Below are positions 10,501 to 21,530 of a stretch of DNA of 64,000 nucleotides, piece by piece; position 1 is the first letter of the stretch; each line of letters starts with the position of its first letter. Origin of the DNA: Strigamia acuminata (lineage: Eukaryota); the NCBI GenBank assembly GCA_949358305.1, contig OX442314.1, positions 806,001 to 870,000 on the forward strand, read 5' to 3'. Both the position numbers and the translations under genes were made by a program. Below the pieces are notes generated by a model. It made no database searches, was not told the origin of the DNA, and was given only the letters and a program-made list of their open reading frames with translations.

Positions 10501-12607
10501 CACGTGTGTTGGCGACACGCTCAACTCTGGCGACGATTTCTTTGAAGCACGAGAAGACTTGAGATTTTTGTGCTAAGGGGGTGATCCAGGTATATCTGGT
10601 TGCATCGTCAATGACGGTGAGAACAAAACGAGCACCACCAAATGAAGGAACCGGATACGGCCCCCAGACATCCATATGTAAGAGGTCAAGAGGCTTGGTG
10701 GTGGAAGGATGAGGATCCGGCTTATGAGAAGCCCTAGTAGACTTTGCAATCCGGCAGTCATTGCATGCTAATTCCTGCGACACTTCCGCCGGTTCAAGTC
10801 CGTAAACCTGGTCATTATTGGCTAACAACCGCATAGCGTTGGTATGAAGATGTCCAAGGCGGCTATGCCATAAACCGGTTGCATCCTTGACAGAAGCAGG
10901 ATTGGCTTGGACTTTCTTTGGTAATTGGGCAGGGTTAGGAACAATCTTCTTTTGTGATTGAGAAGGATTGCTTACGGATTGGACGACAGGAGGAGGTGTA
11001 ATAGGCAAAGGGCTGCTTGGGATGTATTGGATGACATCAGCATAGGACGGGGTTGGAGAGTTGTTGAGGACAGGCAAGGATTGTGAGACAGGATTGGTGG
11101 CAACCGGAATTGACATCGGGGCCTCCGTCGCAGGTAATGGCAACATTTGAATCCTAAAATCCGTAATATACTGTTGCTGTGACTTCTGTTTCTTCGGCTT
11201 CGGAATCTTCACGAAGTCCTCTTCCGTCGTAACGAATGTTTGTACGGGTGATTGTTGAACAATCGGTGAAGTCGTAACGGCAACGGTCGGATTAATACAC
11301 AACCCATCCACATAGTAGAGTCCTCCCTTTTCCTTTGCTCGTAAAATAGCATTTGTAATATCCGTTTGATAGACGTTGATTTCTCCGTTAAAAATATGGA
11401 TGTGGTGTCGGGTCTTATCAATTTTGGACACTGAAATTAGATTCGCCTCAAAATTGGGTGCATAAAGCACATTCGTTAACGTCACATTGCAATGAGAATT
11501 GTCCACGCGTGTTTGTAACGCAACGGTTCCTCTGCCGGTCACCTGTGATTTTCCCTGTCCCAATTCGATGTCAAATGGGACAATGTTCATGAACTCGGAA
11601 AACCACGACCTCACGTGGGAGACGTGGTCTGTGGCGCCGCAATCAACTATCCATTCGTTGGACTGCATCAGGTGGGCGACAGGACGTTCAACAATCTGTG
11701 GGGCATTGACGAAAAATACCGCGTTGCGAACCGGATGGGAACTTCCTCTTGGGCGATTGTCCTCGGGTTTGGAGGCCGAGTTCTTGCCACGCTTCTTGCT
11801 TTTGCTGCGAGAACGTTGGAATGTTGCCGTTGGTTGTTGATTCCGGTCGTCACGCTTCGGGTATGGGCACTTGTTAGCGTAGTGACCCATCTCTTGACAG
11901 TTGAAACATTTAACCTGCGATAATGGACGGCGCGGACGTGAACCTTGACGAGATTGCTGCTGGTTCTGGGCAGATGCGTGAGCCGATGATGAAACATTGT
12001 GTAAACCCACTGATTTGAGACGAAGATATTCAGATATCAATTGTTCAGCCACTTTGTTCGGTGTGAAGTTCGCTTCAGGCCAGTTGTAAATGGCAAATGT
12101 GGCCTGCGCATATTCCGAAGGTAGGCGATTCAAGTATTGGTAAGCATGATGCTTATCCGATACTTCCTCTTTCATGTCCCTGAGTTGGCGTACGTGGAGA
12201 TCGACGCGACTGACGAAATCGACCATGTCTTCATTCGGTTGAAGATGTAGGCCTAAAAATTGCCATCTCATGGCTGCTTGACGAGCCAGGGAACTAGGAG
12301 CGAAAATCTTAGTGAGGATGTCCCATGCCTGTTTCGGAGTGTTGGCATTGTCCAATGTCGAGCGTTTTGCCTCGCTTACGTGACAATATATGTGCCCTAA
12401 CGCCTTATCCTTTTTCATCATGAATTTTTCGGTCTCTTTGGGTGTCAATGTCAATAAATACTCGGCTTCTTTTTCTTCCGTTACATGCCTCCAAAGCCCC
12501 TCGGACTTTAGAAGCATGCACATTGCACGACGCCATGATTCATAATTGTTTATGCCCAACATCGGGCATTTTCCAACCGTTGGCTCCACGTAAGGTGATT
12601 TCTGCAT
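7562..12607 (-). CDS. Copia Gag-Pol polyprotein (Gag, CCHC knuckle, protease, integrase, MBD, RT, RNase H)
   Basis: Likely ATG at 12607 (MQKSPY). CFNCQEMGHYANKC knuckle; WIVDCGAT protease; LWHSRLGH...CNDC; integrase LHMDVW/RTDRGGEF/NGTAER; RT YRARLVAQG, HLDVKSAYL, YGLHQSGREW, YVDD; RNase H TDASWA, STMEAE, ADIFTK. All catalytic motifs intact. Confidence 0.96.
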   Translation of the reverse strand: MQKSPYVEPTVGKCPMLGINNYESWRRAMCMLLKSEGLWRHVTEEKEAEYLLTLTPKETEKFMMKKDKALGHIYCHVSEAKRSTLDNANTPKQAWDILTKIFAPSSLARQAAMRWQFLGLHLQPNEDMVDFVSRVDLHVRQLRDMKEEVSDKHHAYQYLNRLPSEYAQATFAIYNWPEANFTPNKVAEQLISEYLRLKSVGLHNVSSSAHASAQNQQQSRQGSRPRRPLSQVKCFNCQEMGHYANKCPYPKRDDRNQQPTATFQRSRSKSKKRGKNSASKPEDNRPRGSSHPVRNAVFFVNAPQIVERPVAHLMQSNEWIVDCGATDHVSHVRSWFSEFMNIVPFDIELGQGKSQVTGRGTVALQTRVDNSHCNVTLTNVLYAPNFEANLISVSKIDKTRHHIHIFNGEINVYQTDITNAILRAKEKGGLYYVDGLCINPTVAVTTSPIVQQSPVQTFVTTEEDFVKIPKPKKQKSQQQYITDFRIQMLPLPATEAPMSIPVATNPVSQSLPVLNNSPTPSYADVIQYIPSSPLPITPPPVVQSVSNPSQSQKKIVPNPAQLPKKVQANPASVKDATGLWHSRLGHLHTNAMRLLANNDQVYGLEPAEVSQELACNDCRIAKSTRASHKPDPHPSTTKPLDLLHMDVWGPYPVPSFGGARFVLTVIDDATRYTWITPLAQKSQVFSCFKEIVARVERVANTRVKAIRTDRGGEFLSNEFQQYLKDKGIQGQRTNPSSPQMNGTAERINRTMADHIRAVQEETKLPAALWAEIAVNFAYIKNRSPHSRLNNQVPYILWRQRALSLRHLRKIGSKCWVHFTAPGRRKLDPRAWEGFLVGYATGTRGYRVWNPLDNSVTESIHVRIDEHQSYKKTLRNQNGNHYPIYEEPDVGQQPRVTFDDSVQYLDWPKNDSDEDSSNASDENGDNPDDDDDDDDDEDGDGNVSRSISIPLVHLSPLGTPERQLLEACALALPGSATLGHSATYPIFFQEEQDTDEDIDQIDDDAIRSYAAESQQFDSPNISSAPASSPELSQLSPPGSPNRFITLRRRHGGDILQHTMPILGQGAMSPLPTGSTSVPAHGNKTSFMWRYVGGDTVFRRWVREEHLRKDQRPGTIDADVYYFPQPGTRLRSRNDIAAFCQVNDLPYDPELFFFGVMEHSLPLVPPARHAAHLCRTEPSSYSDITTLPDAPKWREAVDEELGIFKERQIYQEVPKPPNTTVLGCKWIFKLKTDLSGEITRYRARLVAQGFRQTIGVGYDEVFSPVVNFVLIRLFFCLLVVLRGWKDAHLDVKSAYLYGDLKHKVYMRIPAGATCSNPGNVWLLVKSFYGLHQSGREWYEKLDGTLRALGFRKMPACNCVYIYGNCAVMLVYVDDIVFFYASDTVLTRIIRLISSKFDIVNLGPITKLLGVEFIRDAGRTFITQRGYITKLVKKFEVSINRLVKVPVTPGTTLVKGSTDNLPDFPYRSLIGSLLFLASRTRPDILFSVISLSQFNTCYDKTHIRALTQVLQYVANTVDYRIELSNCNSSQLWAFTDASWASDHATSLSFGGYINFIGNVPIGWSCRKQSTVACSTMEAEFLSLVECVKESFWLDHIYTEFPVLNRQSRPMIYSDALSAIQFTENDVENSKTKHIRVKYHWLREWYKAGCFDLHKVSGEQNIADIFTKWLGSERLKSLIDKIFRH
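9152..9325 (-). other. Methyl-CpG-binding (MBD)-like domain inside Copia Pol, between integrase and RT
   Basis: FRRWVREEHLRKDQRPGTIDADVYYFPQPGTRLRSRNDIAAFCQVNDLPYDPELFFF matches the MBD pattern W-x-R-E...R-K...D-V-Y-Y-x-x-P-x-G-x-R-L-R-S-x-x-[ED]...F-x-F. Confidence 0.85.
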
Positions 12608-13149
12608 CTCGACGCGGAAAATGGCGTGGAAAGAGAAGATTTCGCACACCACGCAAATACGAAGGCTTTGAGAGTGATATAGGCGTCGTCGGCGAATATT
12701 CGAAGCACTGCACTGGCACAAACACTAATCGAAGCACTTTCGAAGCGGAAAACCACGAATTGGGAGCCGATGCTACAATCGGCTGATAACCTAGAGTAAG
12801 TGTCCCCCTAGTGTCCTTTGAGATCTCCTGGGATCGCGGGAATACTAGGTGGCGCAGGGCTCAGCCTTACTCTAGAATACAACAATAGCTTGGACAGACT
12901 TGTCCGAAGGGCTATTGCGATTCTAATAATGACCCAACCAAAATACCCACTTAAATCTAACAAAGTGTATTGCGACAAGAAGGAGAAATAGGTGAATCTG
13001 CCGCGGTTGCGACCTCGTGCAAATGAAGGCACGGCGCGGTTTTTCTCGAAAAAACCGGAGAAAAAACGCAATTTGGATTCGAAAATCCAAATTCTTCTCA
13101 TTAAATGAGGCTCTTCACAAAAATGTGTCGAAAATAAACAAATCGTCGT

Positions 13150-13620
13150 AAATTCGTCGATACTATATACACGCCGGGGTGTATATAGCGAGAAACGTCT
13201 CATTTCCGTCGAGAAATCGTCGAAAAATCGTCGAAAAATAAAATCGACGCGAAAATCTGAAAATATAAAGAAAATTCGCCTCGAAAACCGCGAGACCGCG
13301 CGAATTCGGACAAAATTAGACGTGGAATCGTGTGGTGGACAACCCTGGCTGTCTCCAAACGTCGGTGACACGTCGTCAATTCGAAAAATCGACGAAAAAC
13401 TGAAAAAGACGAAAATTCGCCTAAAAATTCGCGAGATCGCGCAATTTTTGGCGAAAATAAACGTGAAAACGTATAGTGGACAACACTAGTCGTGTCCAAA
13501 CGTCGGCGATACGTCGTCGATACGAAAATAGGCCCGAGCGTCGATGGATTCTGCAAAAACACAAATCGCCGCAAAAATTCGCGAAATTCGCGAAAATTTT
13601 CGGCGATAAAAGGAAAAATG
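13150..13620. repeat. Imperfect CpG-rich repeats in the Copia 5' leader
   Basis: Recurring blocks GTGGACAAC...TCCAAACGTCGG, CGTCGA, AAAATTCGC, CGCGAGA at roughly 120-130 bp spacing. Confidence 0.55.
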
Positions 13621-13636
13621 GTTATGCAAACAAGCC

Positions 13637-13654
13637 AACCATCCTCTGCTACCA
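13637..13654 (-). promoter_or_regulatory. Primer binding site, tRNA-iMet
   Basis: Minus strand TGGTAGCAGAGGATGGTT, complementary to the 3' 18 nt of metazoan initiator tRNA-Met, 2 nt from the LTR end. Confidence 0.93.
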
Positions 13655-13656
13655 AT

Positions 13657-14175
13657 TGAACGTTTGGAGCAGAGGGAAGTAGCGCAAATTCGACGTGTGT
13701 CGAGTGTGGAAGCGTAATTCGGGCGCCGTGTCGCCGACACGGACGTAATAGCGACGTTGTCGCGAACGAGACGAGTGCGCGCGGCCAAATACCGCTTATG
13801 TGCGCCCAAAAAGCACAGAAGGTGCTCTAAATTAAAGTGAAATACTCTAAAAACATAAACATTTAATGGAAATAATAAATATCTTACAAATAGAGTCCTT
13901 TTCTAATGTTGAAAAGCAATGAGAGCACATATTCATGTGCGCGTCCATCTTGGATGGGGAAAAAACATAAGCAACGACACCTTGTGTCGGAATTATGCAT
14001 TACATAAAAATATAGCTAGGGAATGCATGATGCTTCATGCTTAAATGCATAAAGCAAACATAATACCAAAGTAAATAAACATGTGAATTAATACATCGAG
14101 ATAATTAAACTAAACAATCAAAATGTGATTCTATATCACATCGACATAAAACATTTGGGTTTCTCAAAACCAACA
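13657..14175 (-). repeat. 5' LTR of the Copia element
   Basis: Direct repeat of 6827-7345, adjacent to the PBS. Confidence 0.95.
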
Positions 14176-17107
14176 GATTCACCATGCGGCAACTGCCTCG
14201 GCATGGGGCTGGTGCATTTTTCCATCCCCAGGCAGAGGTGGTATGCGCGCCACTCGCAGCGACCGGGCGGCGACCGGAGTCGCGCCCGTTCGATGGTGTC
14301 GTGGATGAGCGTCGACTCGTGGGAGAGGCGGACGCAGGACCTGTTGCGACATGGGCATGCCCTCCTACCACGTGGTTTGACGGTGGAAGCTGTCAGAGCG
14401 CGGGACGGGCAGCCTGGTCCATCGGGTCCTGCTCCTTCGGCGCCAAGGGTTCAGGCGGGGCGGGCGGCTTCGGCAGAGGCCCCAGCCCAGCCGAACCCAA
14501 AGCGCCAGAAGCAAGAGCCAGCGCCGTCGAAGTGGACGGAAGAGATGACCGCACGGCTAGAGACCTCGTTGGCGGAGTGGCGGGCGTCCTACCCGCGCGC
14601 TACTGCGGTTCAGATCGAGTCCGCAGGGAAGCTGCTGCCTCGTCGTATCAAGGACAATGCGAGGAAGGCGCGGTCCGCCGAGGCGGCGAGGCAGGCGGTG
14701 GCCGAGGCTGAGGCTGCTGCTGTAGCACCGGTCGCGCGACAGTCGTGTGGATCCGGTGCCGTCGAGCCAGAAGTTGTGGCCATTCCTATGGTTGTCGTCC
14801 TACCCGTGGTTGACAACGCATCGGAGCTCGTGCAACAACCGGAAGTGTTAAGGGACGAGGTACAGGCTGATTCAGCAGTGTCCCTCGCTCTGGACCTTCC
14901 CGGAGCGTCGGGCGAGCAGGTGGTCGAGATGCCCACGGAGGAAGCCGGCTGTAGTGAGCAGGCAATCGCTTGCGCTTCACTCGCACTCGGAATTCCCGTG
15001 GCGCAGTTCGACGGGACGGGAGGACTGCCCCATCGCACTTGGGGTAGCCTCATGAATCTCGCGGGACGGTCGGAGCCATCTACCCCGCGGGAAGAGTGTA
15101 TTGTTTCCCAGAGGCAGGACGGCGCTTGCGCCGAACTACCGATGGTGCAATCCCTGATGCCAACGCCAGACGACAAGATGATGGAGTTGTCTGTTTCGGA
15201 GGACGATGTGCTGCAATTGTCGGTGCTGGAGGGTTTGTCCCTCGAAGCACAGCTGTTGCGGTGCGGCGACCCCGAGATGGTCAATGCAGGAGTAGGAGCT
15301 GCCGGAGGAGGCGAAGGACCTTCCCAGGAACCACACCCCTCTGGACAGCACGAAGGAGCGGAGTTCTTGGAACCCGTCGAGGGCCAGGTTCCGCTCGAGG
15401 TCGCCGACCTACCGCCTGGTGCTCCGGTGGTCTGCACGGCACTTGTGCTGTTGGCGATCCCACGCCTCAAGCATGCGAACGCTCAGGTGGTGGCGCTCTG
15501 GGTCGCCGAAGCTAAGCGGTGGGGGGAACTCCACCTGCGCTTTGTGGACGCGGCCGGGAGCGACATCAGGACGACCAGAGCTATCGCCCTGATCCGACAG
15601 AGGATGTGGATAATCCTCAACATCCCCCCTGTCGCATCGGCCGCAGCGAGGAGAATCAGGTGGTTCGAGACGGTGCGCATCGTCGCGTGGGCGGTGGGCA
15701 CTGCCATGAACGCATGGTACCTCCACCTACCATCCCCGTTCGTGGTCCAAAGTTGGACGCTGGAGCAGACGGTGGGGGCGGACCATGCGGATTTCGACCC
15801 GGCGATCTGCCGTGGCTACGTGGAGACGTTGGCCGGGCTCCCGAGGTTGACCAATAACTACGGTCACCAACGGATGTTCGTACCGGCGTCCCACGAGCCT
15901 GTACCTATCGTGATGCCACCAGAGTTGGCGGCGCACTCACCGCCACCCCCGCCTACGTACGAAGAAGTGATAATGACGCGGGTGCACAGGCGGAAGGGCT
16001 ACCCCGACCAATTTAGCCCCGACGTCTGGGATCCGATCGAGGCGACGCAAGATGCTCGCAAGCAGAAGGGGAAGGGGAAGAAGTCCCGCACTGCTCAAAC
16101 CGTGGCAGCATCGAGAGAAGAAGCGGCGGCACGACGCGCCTTGGCCTCAGTCAAGACGACGACAACGGAGGAGGTGCCTCAGCTACCCCCCCAGTCGGCG
16201 TCAACTGCGGCGGGAGCGGCAGAGGCGGTGGAAGCAGAGAGCAGGCAACTAATGCCTCCCCCACCGTCGATACGGTCTGTACTGGAGGCGGCGAGAACTT
16301 CGCCAGCCCCAGCAGGACCCGCAGCGGTTGCAACCGAGTCTGAGGAGGAGCCGCAAGACCCCTCTCAGCCGCAACCACCGTCCAACGACAAGCCGGAGCC
16401 GTGAAAAGCCTCGACTGTCGTCCTTGGACGCGAATTGTACAAACGACGGACCTCTGGTCCCGATAATATTTTTTCCCAACAGCATGCCGTGAGATGCCTG
16501 TCCCGGGACATGTACGCCGAGCCGGAAGCGAATGACGAGACGGAGACGCCACGCCACAAGCCCACGTGCCCGACGGATACCGGAGTTTTCCCGTTCCATC
16601 GGTGGACCTCCCGACTGTGGATCTTGGTCAGGTCCCGGTCGTTGTATATATATTATTTCTTTTTTTTTCTTTTTTATCATTTTAATGTTTGTTTAACGTA
16701 TAGCTTTAGTTCAATTATTTTATGAGAGGCTTGACCAACCTCTCCCATCCTTGTTTTGTTTACCGTATTTATTTTTCGTTTTTTTTTTTGATTTTTTTTG
16801 TTTATTTACGATTTCGTCCCGGGCTTGTTACGTTCAGGCCCGGTGAATTATTGTTTACATTGTATTACATCAATAGTTTGTTTTGTTTTCGGCCAGTCTA
16901 GGGCGAGGTGGTTCCTGTCGCCCAATGCTGCTAACATCGTTGACCGACGGTGCGGTGGTTTTCGGTCCACCAGCACCGAAGGTCGGCACCGGTAGCCCGA
17001 CAAGTTGTGGTCTTCGGCTGACTTCGTTGTTGTGTCTGCCTCGGCTTGCGTGTCCCCGTCGGTGTTGTGTGTGGCCCCTTAGACCTACCTTTTCGTGGGG
17101 GGGGAGA

Positions 17108-17700
17108 TGTGACCGCCAGGCCACCTAGGTGACCTGCGGCACTGCCACACACCACCGTGCGGCCCCAAAGGTCAACCCCTACGAGGGTAGTTGACCTAGC
17201 CCGGGGAGGAGGGAGTAGAGTAGTGTGGTGAGGAGGGAGTGTTGTGAGAGAGTTGAGTGTGGGACACGGCCTGAGAAGGACATGCCTGCAGCAGCTCCCC
17301 GAGAGGAGAAGGTGTTCATCTGGGAGGGACAAGCAGTGTCCCGGTTTGACTCTGTACTCCTCACCATTCACCACGATGATACTCAGTACGACGGTTCCCA
17401 CCGTTGTGCAGCCTCCATGAGTGGACGCGTGGGTCGTAGGTGAGTACGACACGAATGTTAAGTCGAACCGACCACGCCACGCATTGGGTTCCCACCCAGT
17501 GCGCGGCGGGTCGGTTGCCGGTGCGGTGTGCCTTCGTGGCACCTCTGCAGCGGGTGACGGGTTTCCCCATACCCCTAGACAACGCAATAAAGGCCAACCA
17601 ACCAATATTGTGGGAAGTCTCCGTCATTTACGTGAAGTATGCGTCCCTACCAAGTGTTCTCAGTCCCCTGACTACACTGGAAGAGACCATAGCAGTCACA
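17108..17700 (+). mobile_element. 3' LTR (593 bp) of a separate LTR retrotransposon; partner LTR not in window
   Basis: Ends TGTGAC...GTCACA (6-bp inverted termini), preceded by PPT GGGGGGGGAGA (17097-17107), internal AATAAA near 17586, and host exon sequence resumes abruptly at 17701. Confidence 0.8.
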
Positions 17701-18562
17701 AGATCTTTCGCTGCTTGAACCCTGAGTGTCTCAAAGTGACGTGCAGGTGACTTAAAGAGAAAATATGAATAAATAAAATGCTAATTTCTAATTGTTCATT
17801 TTGTAAATGAAGATCGTGCAAGCAGCCGAACCACCTCCCGCTGGGCTGCGACGAGCAGAAATCCGAAGTGCAGTTCCGCACGTACGTCGAGGACCAGATG
17901 ACGGACGCGTTACTACGCACGTGTCCCGGCTGCAAACGCCGTATCATCAAAGAGTACGGCTGCAACTCGATGATGTGCACGTGCGGCACACACTTTTGCT
18001 AACGTGTGTCGCAAGACCGTCAGGGACTACACGCATTTCGACAACGGAAGGTGAGTTAATGATTGATGAGTCACAAAAGTGAATCAATCTCATTTGAATT
18101 ATCAGGTGCCCTCTATTCTCCAACGACGACGAACTGCATCGGCTGGAGGTGCAGGAAGGCGCCAAGAAGGCGAAACAAGACTACCTAGAGACGCACCCAG
18201 AAGCGCACGCTTCGGAGCTGAGGCACGACCCGGCCCAAACGCCGTTCGCGGCCGTGCAGAGGCAGCAGCAGCTGTACGCGCACGGCGCCATGCCCAGGCT
18301 GAACGAGCAAGGCCAGATCGTCTTCCAGGAACCCCGACCTTACGCCAACCAGCAGCAGCGTGCGCAAGGGGCCCTGCCATTCAACTTGCCTTGGCCCTTT
18401 AATTTTGGGCGCCCTGCGCCGAGGCCCCCGCCGGTAGAACCTGCGCCGAGACTTATTCCGCTAGTAGAACCTGCGCCAGACCCCGATCTTTTTGGACTAC
18501 CTGCGCCAATCCCCGATCCTGCGCAGAGGCGTCGTCGTCGTCGTATTCGTCCTTTTTATTAA
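17701..18562 (+). pseudogene. 3' half of an RNF216/TRIAD3-like RBR E3 ligase gene (IBR end, RING2), disrupted
   Basis: Exons 17701-17746, 17813-18050, 18106-18562 with GT-AG introns encode IFRCLNPECLKVTCRSCKQPNHLPLGC...VEDQMTDALLRTCPGCKRRIIKEYGCNSMMCTCGTHFC(Y)VCRKTVRDYTHF...CPLFSN; +1 A frameshift near 18001 (TGC TAA CGT); 5' part cut off by the LTR. Confidence 0.85.
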
Positions 18563-19099
18563 TTTTCCTCTTTGCCATCAAAGGACGTCGTTGTCGCTGA
18601 ACGGAATTGAACAAAAAGCAATAATTAATTATTATTTTTTATTGTTCTTTGCAATTGATTGGTCTTCGTGCATACTTGTATGGATATAAAGAAAATCATT
18701 TTCTTATTTGTTTTTATTTGTTTTTCTATCTTTATAAAATTTACGAAATTGTTTCAGGAATTGTCGAGAATTCCTCCATTTTTCTATCAGTTCGGAGGAC
18801 AATCCGCTGGTTGCAGTTGAATTCATTCTTCTGCTTATTTGGATCGGACGAAACGAAAATGATTTTAAATGAAAAATCGAAAACGTCCCCTCGAAACTTC
18901 TCTGCAGCGCACAAGGAATATTAAAATGCGGGATGCTGCGCAAGACACTTCTAACGTGTCTTACCAGGCGAAGAAAATGACATTCTAGAGACATTTGATC
19001 GTAATTATTTATTGCCACACTTCACAAGTATCAAAGCAAATTAAATTTTTTAATTTGCATCTAAAGAGTAACTTTGATCGTAAACACGTTTCAAGAACT

Positions 19100-19620
19100 G
19101 CATCCGGATTTCGTAGCGTAAAAATGCCAACAAAAGGAACATCGTAATCGATCGTTTGATCGCCGAACGGCTAAAGGAACCCGAACAAGCGCCGATGAAC
19201 ATGCCGGAGGAAAACAAACAAGTTCGACGAATTGGTCAGCGATGTGGAGGTGGTGGTCAACTTTGTCCAGAACAAGATCCGGGAGGAGATTCTCGCGTAT
19301 CTGGAGGCATTCCATGAGAATCCCGACCGAAGACGCATTGTCATAGACGAGTTGCTCGGAATGAACGGGCCGGCGCGGTTTCCTGTGGCGAATGACGCCG
19401 GGAATGATGGGGCAAAGTCGACTTCGGCCGAATCGATGGCGATGGCGAAAGTCAAATCCATTTTGGAGCTCTTCCCGCACGCAGATCCCGAATATCTGCG
19501 CAATTTCGTCGAGAAATGAGCGGACGATGTAAATTACATCAACACGACGGTTTACGGGTGGATGGAGAATAACTCGTATCCAAAGTTGGCCAAAGCTAAA
19601 GAGAAATTTATAGAAAGGTT
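19100..19620 (+). pseudogene. N-terminal fragment of an RNF216-like paralog (CUE/UBA-like motif)
   Basis: ILELFPHADPEYLRNFVEK* then DDVNYINTTVYGWMENNSYPKL; in-frame stop; homologous to the inverted copy at 19760-20600 and to 44082-44480. Confidence 0.55.
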
Positions 19621-19759
19621 TGTTAGTTATTTGCTTTATTTTATTCATTTTATGTGGTTTTTAGTATTAGGCGTATTCACTAACGCATAAACGGTCGTTT
19701 AAACCCGTTTAAAAGAGGTTTTGAACGAGATTTTCGGTTATTATTATTATTATTATTTG

Positions 19760-20600
19760 AGTTAGATCGACGCCACCGGTACAGTGCACTCACGACTCGG
19801 TCGTTGTTTTTGAAGTAGTTCTCCGGGTCCGGGAACATCTCCAGGAATTCCTCAACGCTGAACTTGCTGCAAAACAAATTCAGTAGAAAATGATGACAAA
19901 AATCAATACAAACAACAACAAATCATGAAAAAAACATCAAAAACTGTAAAAACTAAATGAAATAGACAAAATTAGTAGAAACCTTTAGACAAATTTCCGC
20001 TTGACCGCCGCCTTTTGAGCTTCGGCCAACCTCGGATACGAACAGTTTTCCAACCACCCGTTAACCGTCGCGTTGGTGTAATTCACATCGTTCTTCCATC
20101 TCTCCAGAAAAGTGCGCAGGTATTCGGGATCAGCGTCCGGCGGAAAGAGCTCCAAAATCGAGTTGATCTTCTCCAATGTCGCCGAAACATTGTTATTCTT
20201 TTCCGTCGAAATGGAATTAAGCGATGGTTTCCGGCCCATTATTCCCGGCATTCGGGGCTGCATTCGTCACGGGAAAAGGCGCCATTCCGGTCATTCCGAG
20301 GAACTCGCCGATCACAATGCGTACTCGGTTGGGATTCTCGTGAAACGCTTCCAGATACGCGAGGATTTCCTCCCGGCTCTCGTTCAAAACGAATCTGCTC
20401 ACCACCGAATTGATCAACGATTCGTTGATCAATTCGTTGAACTTGTTCGGTGCGTTTTCTTATCTTTCGGGGTGGACAACGGCGCTTTTTCGGATTCAGT
20501 TAGCCGTTCTGCGATCAAACGATCAATGACGATGTTTCTTCGGTTGGGATTCGCTCTCACGGTTCCAATCATCTTGTAAACTTCGTTCGGAGCACTCGAA
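19760..20600 (-). pseudogene. Inverted N-terminal fragment of an RNF216-like paralog
   Basis: REEILAYLEAFHENPNR, ILELFPPDADPEYLRTFLERW...SYPRL...KRKFV, then an intron and KFSVEEFLEMFPDPENYF; frameshifted and truncated in an ATT repeat. Confidence 0.55.
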
Positions 20601-20923
20601 GCGAGTTAACGATATTAGTCACTTCCTACAAACAAATTAAATCCATTTTAATTATTTTGTTTCATAGTTGGGACTAATTTACGACGAAATACTTGTGTAA
20701 TGTGGTTGCAATGTGGTTGCAATGTGGTCGCAATGTCTTCTTCTTCTTCGTCTTCTTCTTGTTGCAAGAAGAACCCGAAATAGGCTTTCTTCAGGCCTAG
20801 ATTTTGGAATGGAAGCCAAAAGTTTTGAGATGATCGTTGTTGTTGTGTTTTTGTCTTAAACAAAACAAAATATCGTTCTCATCCTTTATTATTATTTTCG
20901 TCGCAAAATTATTGTTATGATTT

Positions 20924-20958
<35 letters not shown>

Positions 20959-21360
20959 TTCAAAATTTCAAAATTTTCAAAATTTTTGAAACGTCATGGC
21001 CCAGAATGGTCTGTGGTTTCATTTTGACACCATTTGGTATATTTTGACACCAGATGGGGGATGGGAGTGTTAGTAATATTGTTATTTCCTCATGATTATT
21101 ATTTGAGATAGATCGACGCCAATACGATGTAAGGTGAGCAATTTTGCACCAGTTGTTTTTTGTTTACAACTAAAGAAGAAGAATGATACTTACATGTGGA
21201 GTTAGGCCTGGAAACAAAAAGAACAGCGAGGGCGAGAAAACAATGCAGATCGCCTAACAACAGCCGCCATTTTCTACACTTAACCTAGATCTCGATCTGA
21301 AATCCCGGATCAAGTTTGCAAGTTTAAACAATCGCTTATTTAACAAATAGATAATTTACT

Positions 21361-21530
21361 GGCCCAAAAATAAATTTTCTGGACCAAAAATGAATTTTCT
21401 GGCCCAAAAATGAATTTTCTGGCCCAAAAATGAATTTTCTGGCCCAAAAATGAATTTTCTGGCCCAAAAATGAATTTTCTGGCCCAAAAATGAATTTTCT
21501 GGCCCAAAAATGAATTTTCTGACCCAGAAA
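21361..21530. repeat. 20-bp tandem repeat (GGCCCAAAAATGAATTTTCT, about 8 copies)
   Basis: Directly visible. Confidence 0.95.

Larger units (their letters stand above)
6827..14175 (-). mobile_element. Full-length Ty1/Copia LTR retrotransposon carrying an MBD domain (CopiaMBD-like)
   Basis: Two 519-bp TG...CA LTRs with no mismatch seen by eye, tRNA-iMet PBS, PPT, single Gag-PR-IN-RT-RH ORF in Copia domain order. Confidence 0.97.
6729..16404 (+). pseudogene. GC-rich ORF of unknown function (about 773 aa reconstructed) split by the Copia insertion; probable accessory ORF of an LTR element
   Basis: Joining 6729-6821 to 14176-16404 gives one open frame ...QWHICPVCSGERWETSAGGW/DSPCGNCLGMGLVH...; preceded by a T-rich tract and TCTAG acceptor ending at 6728; followed by a PPT and LTR at 17097-17700. 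The track ORF 14125..16404 only appears to start inside the Copia LTR. Confidence 0.75.

Noticed and set aside
12608..12721. GTG-initiated N-terminal extension of the Copia ORF
   Set aside because: Eukaryotic element; the ATG at 12607 precedes the Gag-like sequence.
14125..14175. Start of the 759-aa track ORF inside the Copia LTR
   Set aside because: Chance read-through from the LTR; the true upstream part of the frame lies at 6729-6821.
21361..21530. Regular repeats here and at 36363 and 45700 as possible CRISPR arrays
   Set aside because: Head-to-tail units without unique spacers, no cas genes, eukaryotic context.
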